Position numbers and translations under genes: made by a program
Source: Eledone cirrhosa
Taxonomy: Eukaryota
Direction: 5' to 3'
DNA: 64,000 nt
Assembly (NCBI GenBank): GCA_964016885.1
Contig: OZ024757.1
Span: 1,736,001 to 1,800,000 of the forward strand
Shown here: positions 1-13,972 of the stretch, piece by piece
Layout: the number at the start of each line of letters is the position of its first letter
Position numbering within the stretch: the first letter of the stretch is position 1
The notes under the pieces: generated by a model
What the model saw: only the letters and a program-made list of their open reading frames with translations
Told to the model about the DNA's origin: nothing
Databases searched by the model: none

Positions 1-299
1 ACTGAGAGTACAAGACTCTCCCCCTGGACAACCCCTCCCCCAGAATTAGTCGTTTAGTTTGCATATTGTGACCCCAACGCACCCTATTTATTTTATAACA
101 TATTGGATTTCTAGTAATGTACTTTTGTTGTCATGTATAATGTTTTTTTTAATGTCTAAAGAAAATTAACTGTCGCCGGAATGCCACTACTTAAAATAAA
201 ACTTCAGAGATAAATTAGGAATATTTATTAAGACACGAAAGTAATTAATGGAGAAAGTTAAGAATATTTTTCTGTTACTACATAAAAGGAAGTCTGAAA

Positions 300-605
300 A
301 TAACTAAACACTAAATACCGGTCGCTCTCCGACAGGTTTGCAGTCGTGCCCTTGGCTGTGGAGACTTCTGGTGTACTTGGCCCTAAGGCTACCTCCCTAC
401 TTACCACCATAGGCGCTGAGATGGCTACCTGTAGCAGTGGAGACTTCTGGTGTCCTTGGCCCTAGGGCTACCTGCCTACTTACCACCATAGGCGCTGAGC
501 TGGCCAGCCGCAGGTGTGAGCCTCGCAAGATGGAATGGCTCTTCCAACGCATCTCCCTTTCTATCCTCCGGAGAAACGTCTTCTCCATTCTGTCCGCCGG
601 GTCTA
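300..605 (+). mobile_element. 3' remnant of CRE-clade (restriction-like endonuclease) non-LTR retrotransposon
   Basis: Translates to KYRSLSDRFAVVPLAVETSGVLGP...IGAELASRRCEPRKMEWLFQRISLSILRRN, the typical CRE RLE C-terminus. It contains an internal ~80-bp tandem duplication (357-430 / 437-500). Confidence 0.75.
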
Positions 606-978
606 TGGGCGGCCAGCACGTGGGATCCCAATTGCTCATAATGCAGAGAGATGGGGAAGGCGAGAGAGATGGAGGTGATGACGGTGGGAGTTCGGCTCTT
701 CCGTGTTCGGATACATTGCACCTGCCACAAGGATCATGTGATATTTTTTTAGAAATCTGTAGTTCACATATGTTTATATTTGGCGAAAGTTGCTTATATT
801 GAAACAATTACTAACGACCGCGGAAGGAAAGGTTGACCACAGTGAGATTTGAACTTAGAACTGAGACAAAGTGCTGGTAAGCACTAAACACCACATCTGA
901 TGGCTGTGTCACTATTTGTTACCTACGACAGGTTCTGGGCCGAGAAGCGACCGATACTTCTACATTATTGGAGTTCAG

Positions 979-1436
979 GGCGATATCCAATTTTAGCGGC
1001 CTAAATGCCGCTTACTTGCTGTAGTTGCTGCTTACTTCAATGTATGAGGCTATTCCAACAAATTTACATTCCCTTTTTTTTAGCCGTTAAAAGAAATAGA
1101 TTTATTTATTGTTTTTTTTTTTTGCGATTTATTTGCCACTGGGGCATAGATTTCTTTATTTGCCACGTTTTTGTTTGTTTGTTTTTTTGCGATTTATTAG
1201 CCTTTTGGGGTCACACACACCCCCGTAGAAAGTGTGCGACCTTTCTGCCAGGGAGCACAGAGAGAGGGGGGTGCTCCCTTCTTCTCTTACCTGTACAAAC
1301 CATTTGTTGGCCGGCGACATATCCCACAGTTTCCTCGTTCTGGGAATGTAAATTTGTTGGAATAGCCTCATACATTGAAGTAAGCAGCAACTACAGCAAG
1401 TAAGCGGCATTTAGGCCGCTAAAATTGGATATCGCC
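979..1436. mobile_element. Non-autonomous TIR element (MITE), Merlin-like
   Basis: Perfect ~95-bp terminal inverted repeats (979-1073 / 1342-1436) starting GGCGATATCC. Exact 8-bp TSD GAGTTCAG at 971-978 and 1437-1444. Confidence 0.85.
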
Positions 1437-1744
1437 GAGTTCAGTTTATGGGACAACTGGAACACTCATCAACGAACCGACGGGGATCCATCATCATCAA
1501 ATTAACTGATGTAATGATTGTGTTAATGAGGAAGGTAGAAAGGGAGGATGATAAAATGACAAGAGAGTTATTTAAAGGGAAGCAACTCTTATTATAAAGG
1601 GAGAGAGATAGGGAGATAAAGAGAGGGGTAAAGAGAGAGATAGGTAGATAAAGAGAGAAAGAGGCGTAGTATTTGGATTTCGAATGAATTTTGGTGTCGT
1701 CTCTTGTGACTGGTTCGTATAATTTATTGACTTTATTATCTTTG

Positions 1745-2262
1745 GTTAGTCCTACACTGGGTCCTTGAGCAAGACACTCTACTTCACCTTGCTCCAGTCC
1801 ACTTTGATTTGTATCTGTAATTCAAGGTCCCTCCATGTCACATGTGGAGGTGTTGGACTTACGATCATAATGTCGTGGGTTCTATTCCTGGGTTGTGTGT
1901 TGTGTTCTTGAGCAAAACACTTCATTTCATGTTGTTCCAGTATACTCAGCTGGAAATGAGTACCAGTAATAGTTGGTTAGTTAACTTTGCGAAGGACTGG
2001 CGTCCTCTCCAGGGGGAGTCTTGTACTCTCAGTCATTACTCGCTACGAAAATCGGGATAAACACCGGCCTAACAAACCTTCTGGCTTCATTCAGACTTAG
2101 CCATGTCACACACTGTGTCACACTGAATCTCCCTGAAAATTACGTTAAGGGGTACACGTGTCTGTGGAATGCTGAGTCATTTGCACGTTAATTTCACGAG
2201 CGGGCTGTTCTTTTAATTGAATCAACTGGAACACTGTTTGTCGTAACTGACGGAGGTCCAAA
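1745..2262 (+). mobile_element. Nested tRNA-derived SINE fragments
   Basis: Degenerate B-box-like head and recurring CTTGAGCAAGACAC...TTGCTCCAGT core. Related pieces at 1-28 (-), 7925-8035 (-), 35440-35570 and 51780-51919. Confidence 0.65.
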
Positions 2263-2272
2263 GATACACATA

Positions 2273-2882
2273 TCTTCTATCTATATATATAAAACTGGGG
2301 ATGTCTGTCTGTGTGTGTGAGTTTGAATCCCTAAAACTCGAGAACCACCCACCCTACTGTTTTCAAACTTTACATGTGTATTACTTATGTTTCAGGGAGT
2401 GTTATGCACATTAAAAAATTCAACTTTTTGATACCCTAGGGCCTGCATTAGGTGGAAAACTGCATTTTTTTTCAGCTTTTTGGGGGGTTTTTTAGGCGTT
2501 AGGTGAGACTTGAAATTGTAACTATGTATTAGTCAGTCTCTTCCTCATACCGTGAGCATGGCCTAGGGCCCGCATTAGGTGAAAAACTTCATTTTTTCAG
2601 CTTTTTAGGGCTTTTTTGAGGTGTTACGTCTAGCCGATTTTCCCGAATTTCAAGGCATATTATGCACATAAAAAAAAATTCATTTTCTTGATCCCCCAGG
2701 GCCCGCATTAGGTGAAAACCTGCATTTTTCCTGCTTCATCAAGGAAAATCTTAAAGATTATCCAGCCATCAGAGTATTCGGTTTATTTTCTTTACATATT
2801 GTCCAGGCATGCAGTTTTTCCACGATTAGGTCTGTTGTTCCAAAATACCTTATCCCGTGCAACGCCGGGTACCACTGCTAGT
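2273..2882 (+). mobile_element. Non-autonomous Helitron
   Basis: 5' TC...TATATATAAAA-TGTCTGTCTG start, 3' hairpin CCCGTGCAACGCCGGG followed by CTAG, inserted at A|T. Internal tandem CCTAGGGCCCGCATTAGG repeats. Confidence 0.8.
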
Positions 2883-2944
2883 ACATACATATATATATAT
2901 CACACATACACACATCACACATTAAATACCTATATACATACATA

Positions 2945-3039
<95 letters not shown>

Positions 3040-3399
3040 TCACACACACACATACATTCCGTTTACCGTTGTAGTGTGTTGTGTGAGCCATTGACACTGT
3101 ATAGATATTTTATTCATAGTTGTATAAATAACATTACAAATCGTTTGCAATTCTTTCAGAATGAAAATATAAACAGAGCATATAAATAAATTTACAGTAG
3201 AATAACATAACAAATATGTTTTAAATATATACATAAATAACATTACATGCTTAGATAACATTATAAATTGCTCGCGATTCATTCGGAAAGATATATTCTT
3301 TTAATGTTACAATATTAAAGAAAATGTAAAGGAAGGGGTGAACAACGAAGCCAACACCAGAGCAAAAGACAGCAACGAGGAGTACTGGGCAACCTCTCT

Positions 3400-3655
3400 A
3401 ATGATTTTTGAGGCAAGCCAGTACACTGTCAGTGTTACCTCGGGTGATGGCGAGGCTGATGCGCTGAAACAGCCAAGCGCCCTCACGAGATTCGCCAGTC
3501 ACCTCTATTAGGCGAGCCGCCAGTAAAGAGTCAGCGGCCCGACTCCCCCAAACGCCTGAAAAATGTAGCTTGTCGACAGATCAGAGTATTTGAGGGTCTT
3601 ACTCCGCTAGGCTGCGGAAGCTGTGGCTCTTGTCCTAACCGCAGCATCCAGGACA
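3400..3655 (-). mobile_element. CRE-like RLE retrotransposon 3' remnant
   Basis: Minus strand reads KTLKYSDLSTSYIF..AFGGVGP..AARLIEVTGESREGAWLFQRISLAITRGN, with a stop and a frameshift. Confidence 0.75.
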
Positions 3656-6600
3656 CTTGTAGGTATAATACAGATATAATACAGTTACTGCTAGGACACT
3701 TGTAGATATAATACAGTTACTGCTAGGACACTTGTAGATATAATACAGATATAATACAGTTACTACTAGGACACTTGTAGATATAATACAGTTACTACTA
3801 GGACACTTGTAGATATAATACAGTTACTGCTAGGACACTTGTAGATATAATACAGTTACTGCTAGGACACTTGTAGATATAATACAGTTACTGCTAGGAC
3901 ACTTGTAGATATAATACAGATATAATACAGTTACTGCTAGGACACTTGTAGATATAATACAGTTACTACTAGGACACTTGTAGATATAATACAGTTACTG
4001 CTAGGACACTTGTAGATATAATACAGTTACTGCTAGGACACTTGTAGATATAATACAGTTACTACTAGGACACTTGTAGATATAATACAGTTACTGCTAG
4101 GACACTTGTAGATATAATACAGATATAATACAGTTACTGCTAGGACACTTGTAGATATAATACAGATATAATACAGTTACTGCTAGGACACTTGTAGATA
4201 TAATACAGATATAATACAGTTACTGCTAGGACACTTGTAGATATAATACAGTTACTGCTAGGACACTTGTAGATATAATACAGTTACTGCTAGGACACTT
4301 GTAGATATAATACAGTTACTGCTAGGACACTTGTAGATATAATACAGATATAATACAGTTACTGCTAGGACACTTGTAGATATAATACAGATATAATACA
4401 GTTACTACTAGGACACTTGTAGATATAATACAGTTACTGCTAGGACACTTGTAGATATAATACAGTTACTGCTAGGACACTTGTAGATATAATACAGTTA
4501 CTACTAGGACACTTGTAGATATAATACAGTTACTGCTAGGACACTTGTAGATATAATACAGTTACTGCTAGGACACTTGTAGATATAATACAGTTACTGC
4601 TAGGACACTTGTAGATATAATACAGTTACTGCTAGGACACTTGTAGATATAATACAGATATAATACAGTTACTGCTAGGACACTTGTAGATATAATACAG
4701 ATATAATACAGTTACTACTAGGACACTTGTAGATATAATACAGATATAATACAGTTACTGCTAGGACACTTGTAGATATAATACAGTTACTGCTAGGACA
4801 CTTGTAGATATAATACAGATATAATACAGTTACTGCTAGGACACTTGTAGATATAATACAGTTACTGCTAGGACACTTGTAGATATAATACAGATATAAT
4901 ACAGTTACTGCTAGGACACTTGTAGATATAATACAGTTACTGCTAGGACACTTGTAGATATAATACAGATATAATACAGTTACTGCTAGGACACTTGTAG
5001 ATATAATACAGATATAATACAGTTACTACTAGGACACTTGTAGATATAATACAGATATAATACAGTTACTGCTAGGACACTTGTAGATATAATACAGTTA
5101 CTGCTAGGACACTTGTAGATATAATACAGTTACTGCTAGGACACTTGTAGATATAATACAGATATAATACAGTTACTGCTAGGACACTTGTAGATATAAT
5201 ACAGATATAATACAGTTACTACTAGGACACTTGTAGATATAATACAGTTACTGCTAGGACACTTGTAGATATAATATAGTTACTGCTAGGACACTTGTAG
5301 ATATAATATAGTTACTGCTAGGACACTTGTAGATATAATACAGTTACTGCTAGGACACTTGTAGATATAATATAGTTACTGTTAGGACACTTGTAGATAT
5401 AATACAGTTACTGCTAGGACACTTGTAGATATAATACAGATATAATACAGTTACTACTAGGACACTTGTAGATATAATATAGTTACTGCTAGGACACTTG
5501 TAGATATAATACAGTTACTGCTAGGACACTTGTAGATATAATACAGTTACTGCTAGGACACTTGTAGATATAATATAGTTACTGTTAGGACACTTGTAGA
5601 TATAATACAGATATAATACAATTACTGCTAGGCCACTTGTAGATATAATACAATTACTGCTAGGCCACTTGTAGATATAATACAGTTACTGCTAGGACAC
5701 TTGTAGATATAATACAGTTACTGCTAGGACACTTGTAGATATAATACAGTTACTGCTAGGACACTTGTAGATATAATACAGATATAATACAGTTACTGCT
5801 AGGACACTTGTAGATATAATACAGATATAATACAGTTACTACTAGGACACTTGTAGATATAATACAGTTACTGCTAGGACACTTGTAGATATAATACAGT
5901 TACTGCTAGGACACTTGTAGATATAATACAGTTACTACTAGGACACTTGTAGATATAATACAGTTACTGCTAGGACACTTGTAGATATAATACAGTTACT
6001 GCTAGGACACTTGTAGATATAATACAGTTACTGCTAGGACACTTGTAGATATAATACAGTTACTGCTAGGACACTTGTAGATATAATACAGATATAATAC
6101 AGTTACTGCTAGGACACTTGTAGATATAATACAGTTACTGCTAGGACACTTGTAGATATAATACAGATATAATACAGTTACTGCTAGGACACTTGTAGAT
6201 ATAATACAGTTACTGCTAGGACACTTGTAGATATAATACAGATATAATACAGTTACTGCTAGGACACTTGTAGATATAATACAGATATAATACAGTTACT
6301 ACTAGGACACTTGTAGATATAATACAGATATAATACAGTTACTGCTAGGACACTTGTAGATATAATACAGTTACTGCTAGGACACTTGTAGATATAATAC
6401 AGTTACTGCTAGGACACTTGTAGATATAATACAGATATAATACAGTTACTGCTAGGACACTTGTAGATATAATACAGATATAATACAGTTACTACTAGGA
6501 CACTTGTAGATATAATACAGTTACTGCTAGGACACTTGTAGATATAATATAGTTACTGCTAGGACACTTGTAGATATAATATAGTTACTGCTAGGACACT

Positions 6601-7523
6601 TGTAGATATAATACAGTTACTGCTAGGACACTTGTAGATATAATATAGTTACTGTTAGGACACTTGTAGATATAATACAGTTACTGCTAGGACACTTGTA
6701 GATATAATACAGATATAATACAGTTACTACTAGGACACTTGTAGATATAATATAGTTACTGCTAGGACACTTGTAGATATAATACAGTTACTGCTAGGAC
6801 ACTTGTAGATATAATACAGTTACTGCTAGGACACTTGTAGATATAATATAGTTACTGTTAGGACACTTGTAGATATAATACAGATATAATACAATTACTG
6901 CTAGGCCACTTGTAGATATAATACAATTACTGCTAGGCCACTTGTAGATATAATACAGTTACTGCTAGGACACTTGTAGATATAATATAGTTACTGCTAG
7001 GACACTTGTAGATATAATACAGATATAATACAATTACTGCTAGGCCACTTGTAGATATAATACAATTACTGCTAGGCCACTTGTAGATATAATACAGTTA
7101 CTGCTAGGACACTTGTAGATATAATATAGTTACTGCTAGGACACTTGTAGATATAATACAGTTACTGCTAGGACACTTGTAGATATAATACAGATATAAT
7201 ACAATTACTGCTAGGCCACTTGTAGATATAATACAGTTACTGCTAGGACACTTGTAGATATAATACAGTTACTGCTAGGACACTTGTAGATATAATATAG
7301 TTACTGCTAGGACACTTGTAGATATAATACAGATACTGCTAGGACACTTGTAGATATAATATAGTTACTGCTAGGACACTTGTAGATATAATATAGTTAC
7401 TGCTAGGACACTTGTAGATATAATATAGTTACTGCTAGGACACTTATAGATATACTACAGTTACTGCTAGGACACTTGTAGATATAATACAGTTACTGCT
7501 AGGACACTTGTAGATATAATACA
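3650..7523. repeat. Minisatellite, 32-bp unit with 43-bp variant
   Basis: GGACACTTGTAGATATAATACAGTTACTGCTA repeated about 100 times. The variant carries an extra AGATATAATAC. Confidence 0.98.
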
Positions 7524-7627
7524 AAGAAATATATGATCAGAGCGAGAGAAAAAAATGAAAAAGCCTATCAATTCTCCACCAAGTGTATCAATAGGTCACA
7601 TACAAGGGTCAACGGAACTTTTTGAGG

Positions 7628-7892
7628 TAACACACTGGCAGCATTACCTCGGGTGATGGCGAGGCTAAGGTGCTGAAACAGCTAAGCACCCTCACCAGGG
7701 GGCATCACCTGACACCTGTGTAAGGCCGTGTGATGGCGAGACTAAGTCACTGTAACAACCAAGCACCCTCACATCACCTGACACCTGGGTAAGACGAGCC
7801 ATCAATGATGACAAAAACTTTGCTGTCAGCGACCCAGCTCCCCCAAATGTCGCGGGCTGCTGGAAGAAATAATTGGTTTTATGTCTTCTCAC
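7628..7892 (-). mobile_element. CRE-like RLE retrotransposon 3' remnant (rearranged)
   Basis: YFFQQPATFGGAGSLTAKFLSSLMARLTQVSGD followed by EGA*LFQHLSLAITRGNAASV. Homologous to 3400-3655. Confidence 0.7.
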
Positions 7893-8178
7893 ACATTCTA
7901 GTTTAACTAAATACCAGAAGGATTCATGTACAAGTGACCGAGCATTCTACAGACATGTGCCCCTTAACGTAGTTCTCAGGGAGACTCAGAGGGGCACAAT
8001 GTGACTGGCCCACTTTTGAATTACAGGTATAACTCTTCAGAGTGGCCTGGAACCAGTTGAAATGACGGTGTCTTGCCTGACACTGGCCCGGGGGTTGGGG
8101 CTGAAGTACTTGTGGAGCCAATAGAGGACAGAATGTAGATGTTCACCTTGAGTGTGGCACGGGAGACTTGTTGGAGCC

Positions 8179-11100
8179 AACTCCACCCCCAGTAGTAATG
8201 TTGGTAGTAAGGTAACCCAGGGTAACACCACCCCCAGTAGGGAGGTGACCCAGGGTACCACCACCCCCAGTAGTAAAGTTGGTAGGGAGGTGACCCAGGG
8301 TAACACCACCCCCAGTAGTAATGTTGGTAGGGAGGTGACCCAGGGTAACACCACCCCCAGTAGGGAGGTGACCCAAGGTACCACCACCCCCAGTAGTAAA
8401 GTTGGTAGGGAGGTGACCCAGGGTAACACCACCCCCAGTAGTAATGTTGGTAGGGAGGTGACCCAGGGTAACACCACCCCCAGTAGTAATGTTGGTAGGG
8501 AGGTGACCCAGGGTAACTCCACCCCCAGTAGTAATGTTGGTAGGGAGGTGACCCAGGTTAACTCCACCCCCAGTAGTAATGTTGGTAGGGAGGTGACCTA
8601 GGGTAACTCCACCCCCAGTAGTAATGTTGGTAGGGAGGTGACCCAGGGTAACACCACCCCCAGTAGTAATGTTGGTAGGGAGGTGACCCAGGGTAACTCC
8701 ACCCCCAGTAGTAATGTTGGTAGGGAGGTGACTCAGGGTAACACCACCCCCAGTAGTAATGTTGGTAGGGAGGTGACCCAGGGTAACACCACCCCCAGTA
8801 GGGAGGTGACCCAGGGTACCACCACCCCCAGTAGTAATGTTGGTAGGGAGGTGACCCAGGGTAACACCACCCCCAGTAGGGAGGTGACCCAGGGTACCAC
8901 CACCCCCAGTAGTAATGTTGGTAGGGAGGTGACCAGGGTAACACCACCCCCAGTAGTAATGTTGGTAGGGAGGTGACCCAGGGTAACTCCACCCCCAGTA
9001 GTAATGTTGGTAGGGAGGTGACCCAGGTTAACTCCACCCCCAGTAGTAATGTTGGTAGGGAGGTGACCTAGGGTACCACCACCCCCAGTAGTAATGTTGG
9101 TAGGGAGGTGACCCAGGGTAACACCACCCCCAGTAGTAATGTTGGTAGGGAAGTGACCCAGGGTAACACCACCCCCAGTAGTAATGTTGGTACGGAGGTG
9201 ACCCAGGGTAACACCACCCCCAGTAGTAATGTTGGTAGGGAGGTGACCCAGGGTAACACCACCCCCAGTAGTAATGTTGGTAGGGAGGTGACCCAGGGTA
9301 ACTCCACCCCCAGTAGTAATGTTGGTAGGGAGGTGACCCAGGGTAACACCACCCCCAGTAGTAATGTTGGTAGGGAGGTGACCCAGGGTAACACCACCCC
9401 CAGTAGGGAGGTGACCCAGGGTACCACCACCCCCAGTAGGGAGGTGACCCAGGGTACCACCACCCCCAGTAGTAATGTTGGTAGGGAGGTGACCCAGGGT
9501 AACACCACCCCCAGTAGGGAGGTGACCCAGGGTACCACCACCCCCAGTAGTAATGTTGGTAGGGAGGTGACCAGGGTAACACCACCCCCAGTAGTAATGT
9601 TGGTAGGGAGGTGACCCAGGGTAACACCACCCCCAGTAGGGAGGTGACCCAGGGTAACACCACCCCCAGTAGTAATGTTGGTAGGGAGGTGGCCCAGGGT
9701 AACACCACCCCCAGTAGTAATGTTGGTAGGGAGGTGACCCAGGGTAACTCCACCCCCAGTAGTAATGTTGGTAGGGAGGTGACCCAGGGTAACACCACCC
9801 CCAGTAGTAATGTTGGTAGGGAAGTGACCCAGGGTACCACCACCCCCAGTAGTAATGTTGGTAGGGAGGTGACCCAGGGTAACACCACCCCCAGTAGTAA
9901 TGTTGGTAGGGAAGTGACCCAGGGTAACACCACCCCCAGTAGTAATGTTGGTACGGAGGTGACCCAGGGTAACACCACCCCCAGTAGTAATGTTGGTAGG
10001 GATGTGACCCAGGGTAACACCACCCCCAGTAGTAATGTTGGTAGGGAGGTGACCCAGGGTAACTCCACCCCCAGTAGTAATGTTGGTAGGGAGGTGACCC
10101 AGGGTAACTCCACCCCCAGTAGTAATGTTGGTAGGGAGGTGACCCAGGGTACCACCACCCCCAGTAGTAAAGTTGGTAGGGAGGTGACCCAGGGTAACAC
10201 CACCCCCAGTAGTAATGTTGGTAGGGAGGTGACCCAGGGTACCACCACCCCCAGTAGTAATGTTGGTAGGGAGGTGACCCAGGGTAACTCCACCCCCAGT
10301 AGTAATGTTGGTAGGGAGGTGACCCAGGGTAACTCCACCCCCAGTAGGGAGGTGACCCAGGGTAACACCACCCCCAGTAGGGAGGTGACCCAGGGTAACT
10401 CCACCCCCAGTAGTAATGTTGGTAGGGAGGTGACCCAGGGTACCACCACCCCCAGTAGGGAGGTGACCCAGGGTAACACCACCCCCAGTAGTAATGTTGG
10501 TAGGGAGGTGACCCAGGGTACCACCACCCCCAGTAGGGAGGTGACCCAGGGTAACACCACCCCCAGTAGTAATGTTGGTAGGGAGGTGACCCAGGGTAAC
10601 ACCACCCCCAGTAGTAATGTTGGTAGGGAAGTGACCCAGGGTACCACCACCCCCAGTAGGGAGGTGACCCAGGGTAACTCCACCCCCAGTAGGGAGGTGA
10701 CCCAGGATAACTCCACCCCCAGTAGGGAGGTGACCCAGGGTAACACCACCCCCAGTAGTAATGTTGGTAGGGAGGTGACCCAGGGTACCACCACCCCCAG
10801 TAGGGAGGTGACCCAGGGTAACACCACCCCAGTAGGGAGGTGACCCAGGGTACCACCACCCCCAGTAGTAATGTTGTTTGGGAGGTGACCCAGGGTACCA
10901 CCACCCCCAGTAGGGAGGTGACCCAGGGTAACACCACCCCCAGTAGTAATGTTGGTAGGGAGGTGACCCAGGGTACCACCACCCCCAGTAGTAATGTTGG
11001 TAGGGAGGTGACCCAGGGTAACTCCACCCCCAGTAGTAATGTTGGTAGGGAGGTTGACCAGGGTAACTCCACCCCCAGTAGTAATGTTGGTAGGGAGGTG

Positions 11101-12147
11101 ACCCAGGGTAACTCCACCCCCAGTAGTAATGTTGGTAGGGAGGTGACCCAGGGTACCACCACCCCCAGTAGGGAGGTGACCCAGGGTAACACCACCCCCA
11201 GTAGTAATGTTGGTAGGGAGGTAACCCAGGGTAACACCACCCCCAGTAGTAATGTTGGTAGGGAGGTGACCCAGGGTAACTCCACCCCCAGTAGTAATGT
11301 TGGTAGGGAGGTGACCCAGGGTAACACCACCCCCAGTAGGGAGGTGACCCAGGGTACCACCACCCCCAGTAGTAATGTTGGTAGGGAGGTGACCCAGGGT
11401 AACTCCACCCCCAGTAGTAATGTTGGTAGGGAGGTGACCCAGGGTAACTCCACCCCCAGTAGTAAAGTTGGTAGGGAGGTGACCCAGGGTACCACCACCC
11501 CTAGTAGGGAGGTGACCCAGGGTAACACCACCCCCAGTAGTAATGTTGGTAGGGAGGTAACCCAGGGTAACACCACCCCCAGTAGTAATGTTGGTAGGGA
11601 GGTGACCCAGGGTAACTCCACCCCCAGTAGTAATGTTGGTAGGGAGGTGGCCCAGGGTAACACCACCCCCAGTAGGGAGGTGACCCAGGGTACCACCACC
11701 CCCAGTAGTAAAGTTGGTAGGGAGGTGACCCAGGGTAACTCCACCCCTAGTAGTAAAGTTGGTAGGGAGGTGACCCAGGGTACCACCACCCCCAGTAGGG
11801 AGGTGACCCAGGGTACCACCACCCCCAGTAGGGAGGTGACCCAGGGTACCACCACCCCCAGTAGGGAGGCGACCCAGGGTAACACCACCCCCAGTAGTAA
11901 TGTTGGTAGGGAGGTGACCCAGGGTAACACCACCCCCAGTAGGGAGGTGACCCAGGGTAACACCATCCCCAGTATGGAGGTGACCCAGGGTAACACCACC
12001 CCCAGTAGGGAGGTGACCCAGGGTAACACCACCCCCAGTAGTAATGTTGGTAAGGACGTGACCCAGGGTAACACCACCCCCAGTAGGGAGGTGACCCAGG
12101 GTAACACCACCCCCAGTAGTAATGTTGGTAGGGAGGTGACCCAGGGG
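8179..12147. repeat. GC-rich minisatellite, 45-bp and 33-bp units
   Basis: GTGACCCAGGGTAACACCACCCCCAGTAGTAATGTTGGTAGGGAG with a 12-bp-deleted variant. It is the source of all the long repetitive ORFs here. Confidence 0.98.
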
Positions 12148-12600
12148 TCAACAATATCGGAAGTCTTCACCATTTATAAAATATTCCGACAACAAATGAA
12201 ATGAATGTATGGGTAGTGCCCCTGATCACTTTTAGTACTCTCGGGTCTCAAATAACCCCTCCCCTGTTCTTATTCCAACCCCACCCCAACTCTTACACTT
12301 ATTATATTTTCCTAATCTATCTCCAGCAAAATCTTATTGTAAGTAGCAGCATCCCTGCAACAATTAATTTTCTTTAGACATCAGAAAACATTCTACATGA
12401 CAACAAAAGTTCATTACTAGAAATCCCAAATGTTATAAAATAAATAGGATGGGTTGCACTCTCAATATGTAAACTAAACGACTAATACTGGTTTTTTAAA
12501 GAAATCAACAGATTTCGCCTCTCCCTCCCATAATTTGTGACCCTTTCAAGATATAATAGTATTGAATTTTTCCATCATTGTATAACTTCTGTCTCTAAAA

Positions 12601-13013
12601 TATAGTTGACACATGTTTATATATAACATAATATAATATAGTTGACATATGTTTATATATAACAGATAATATAATATAGTTGACATATGTTTATTTATAA
12701 CAGATAATATAATATAGTTGACATGTTTATTTATAACAGATAATATAATATAGTTGACATATGTTTATTTATAACAGATAATATAATATAGTTGACATAT
12801 GTTTATATATAACAGATAATATAACATAGTTGACATGTTTATTTATAACAGATAATATAATATAGTTGACATATGTTTATATATAACAGATAATATAATG
12901 TAGTTGACATAATATGTTTATATATGACAGATAATATAATATAGTTGACATATGTTTATATATAACAGATAATATAATGTAGTTGACATATGTTTATATA
13001 TGACAGATAATAT
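12601..13013. repeat. 38-bp AT-rich minisatellite, left block
   Basis: TAGTTGACATATGTTTATATATAACAGATAATATAATA units. Confidence 0.95.
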
Positions 13014-13972
13014 AACTAGACATGAAAAATGCGCAAGCTCAAAAGTGCCACAGAATGTTATAATAAACCTTCAAAAGTGTGGGACTAGAGTTGTTGCTAA
13101 AAAATATTGTAATCATTATATATCGTACATTCTGTGGCATCCTTTATAAAAATAGCTTAAACCAACGAAGCCTTTATTTTTACGCTATTTCACTTAGTTA
13201 ATTCTTAGAGTGTAACATATAAAAATATGATTTACAACTATAAAATAAATTAATTAATATAATAACAGAGCTGCGGAGCTGAAATTTAGGAAATAATGGA
13301 GTATCGGATCCTGAGTTGGAGCCAGTCAATTTTTGGCCGACTCCGCAGCCCTGTATAATACATTTCATATTAAAGTTATTAATAAACCTATTTTACACTT
13401 CATGCAAATTACCACGAGATATTGATATTAGATATAAGATACAGCGCAATATCTACAGCTGTAAAAGTACGAAAGCGAAGTAATAATAAGTGGCTTAAGG
13501 TAATTCCAATATGAAAGTTTGTAGTGATAAAAATTTGATAATGCAATACGATTGTTAATATTATAGTTCTATGAAAATGTAACAATAGATAACTAAATTA
13601 TTTTACTATTAGTATATTTAAGAAATTATCATTATAGATTTGATCGTTCATATAAGCATCATATTAAGTTTCAACACAATTATTTTGTTACTATGAGTAT
13701 ATGATAATAATATTACGTAATTATTTATAGCTGTTATTACATTAAACATAGATGTATTTATTTTTATATGTTACACTCTAAGAATTAACTAAGTGAAATA
13801 GCGTAAAAATAAAGGCTTCGTTGGTTTAAGCTATTTTTATAAAGGATGCCACAGAATGTACGATATATAATGATTACAATATTTTTTAGCAACAACTCTA
13901 GTCCCACACTTTTGAAGGTTTATTATAACATTCTGTGGCACTTTTGAGCTTGCGCATTTTTCATGTCTAGTT
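13014..13972. mobile_element. Unclassified foldback/MITE with ~213-bp perfect TIRs
   Basis: 13014-13227 is the reverse complement of 13759-13972. Possible 6-bp TSD TAATAT (low complexity). A small CAG(A/G)GCTGCGGAG...CTCCGCAGCCCTG MITE remnant is nested at about 13266-13352. Confidence 0.75.

Noticed and set aside
3430-3660. Apparent pseudoknot or twister-like RNA repeated at 7639-7700
   Set aside because: The similarity is explained by minus-strand CRE protein coding (WLFQRISLAITRGN), and the twister consensus order is not met.
8733-12173. 1146-aa and other long ORFs as real proteins
   Set aside because: They are translations of a minisatellite that switch peptide pattern at 1-bp indels and have no unique domain.
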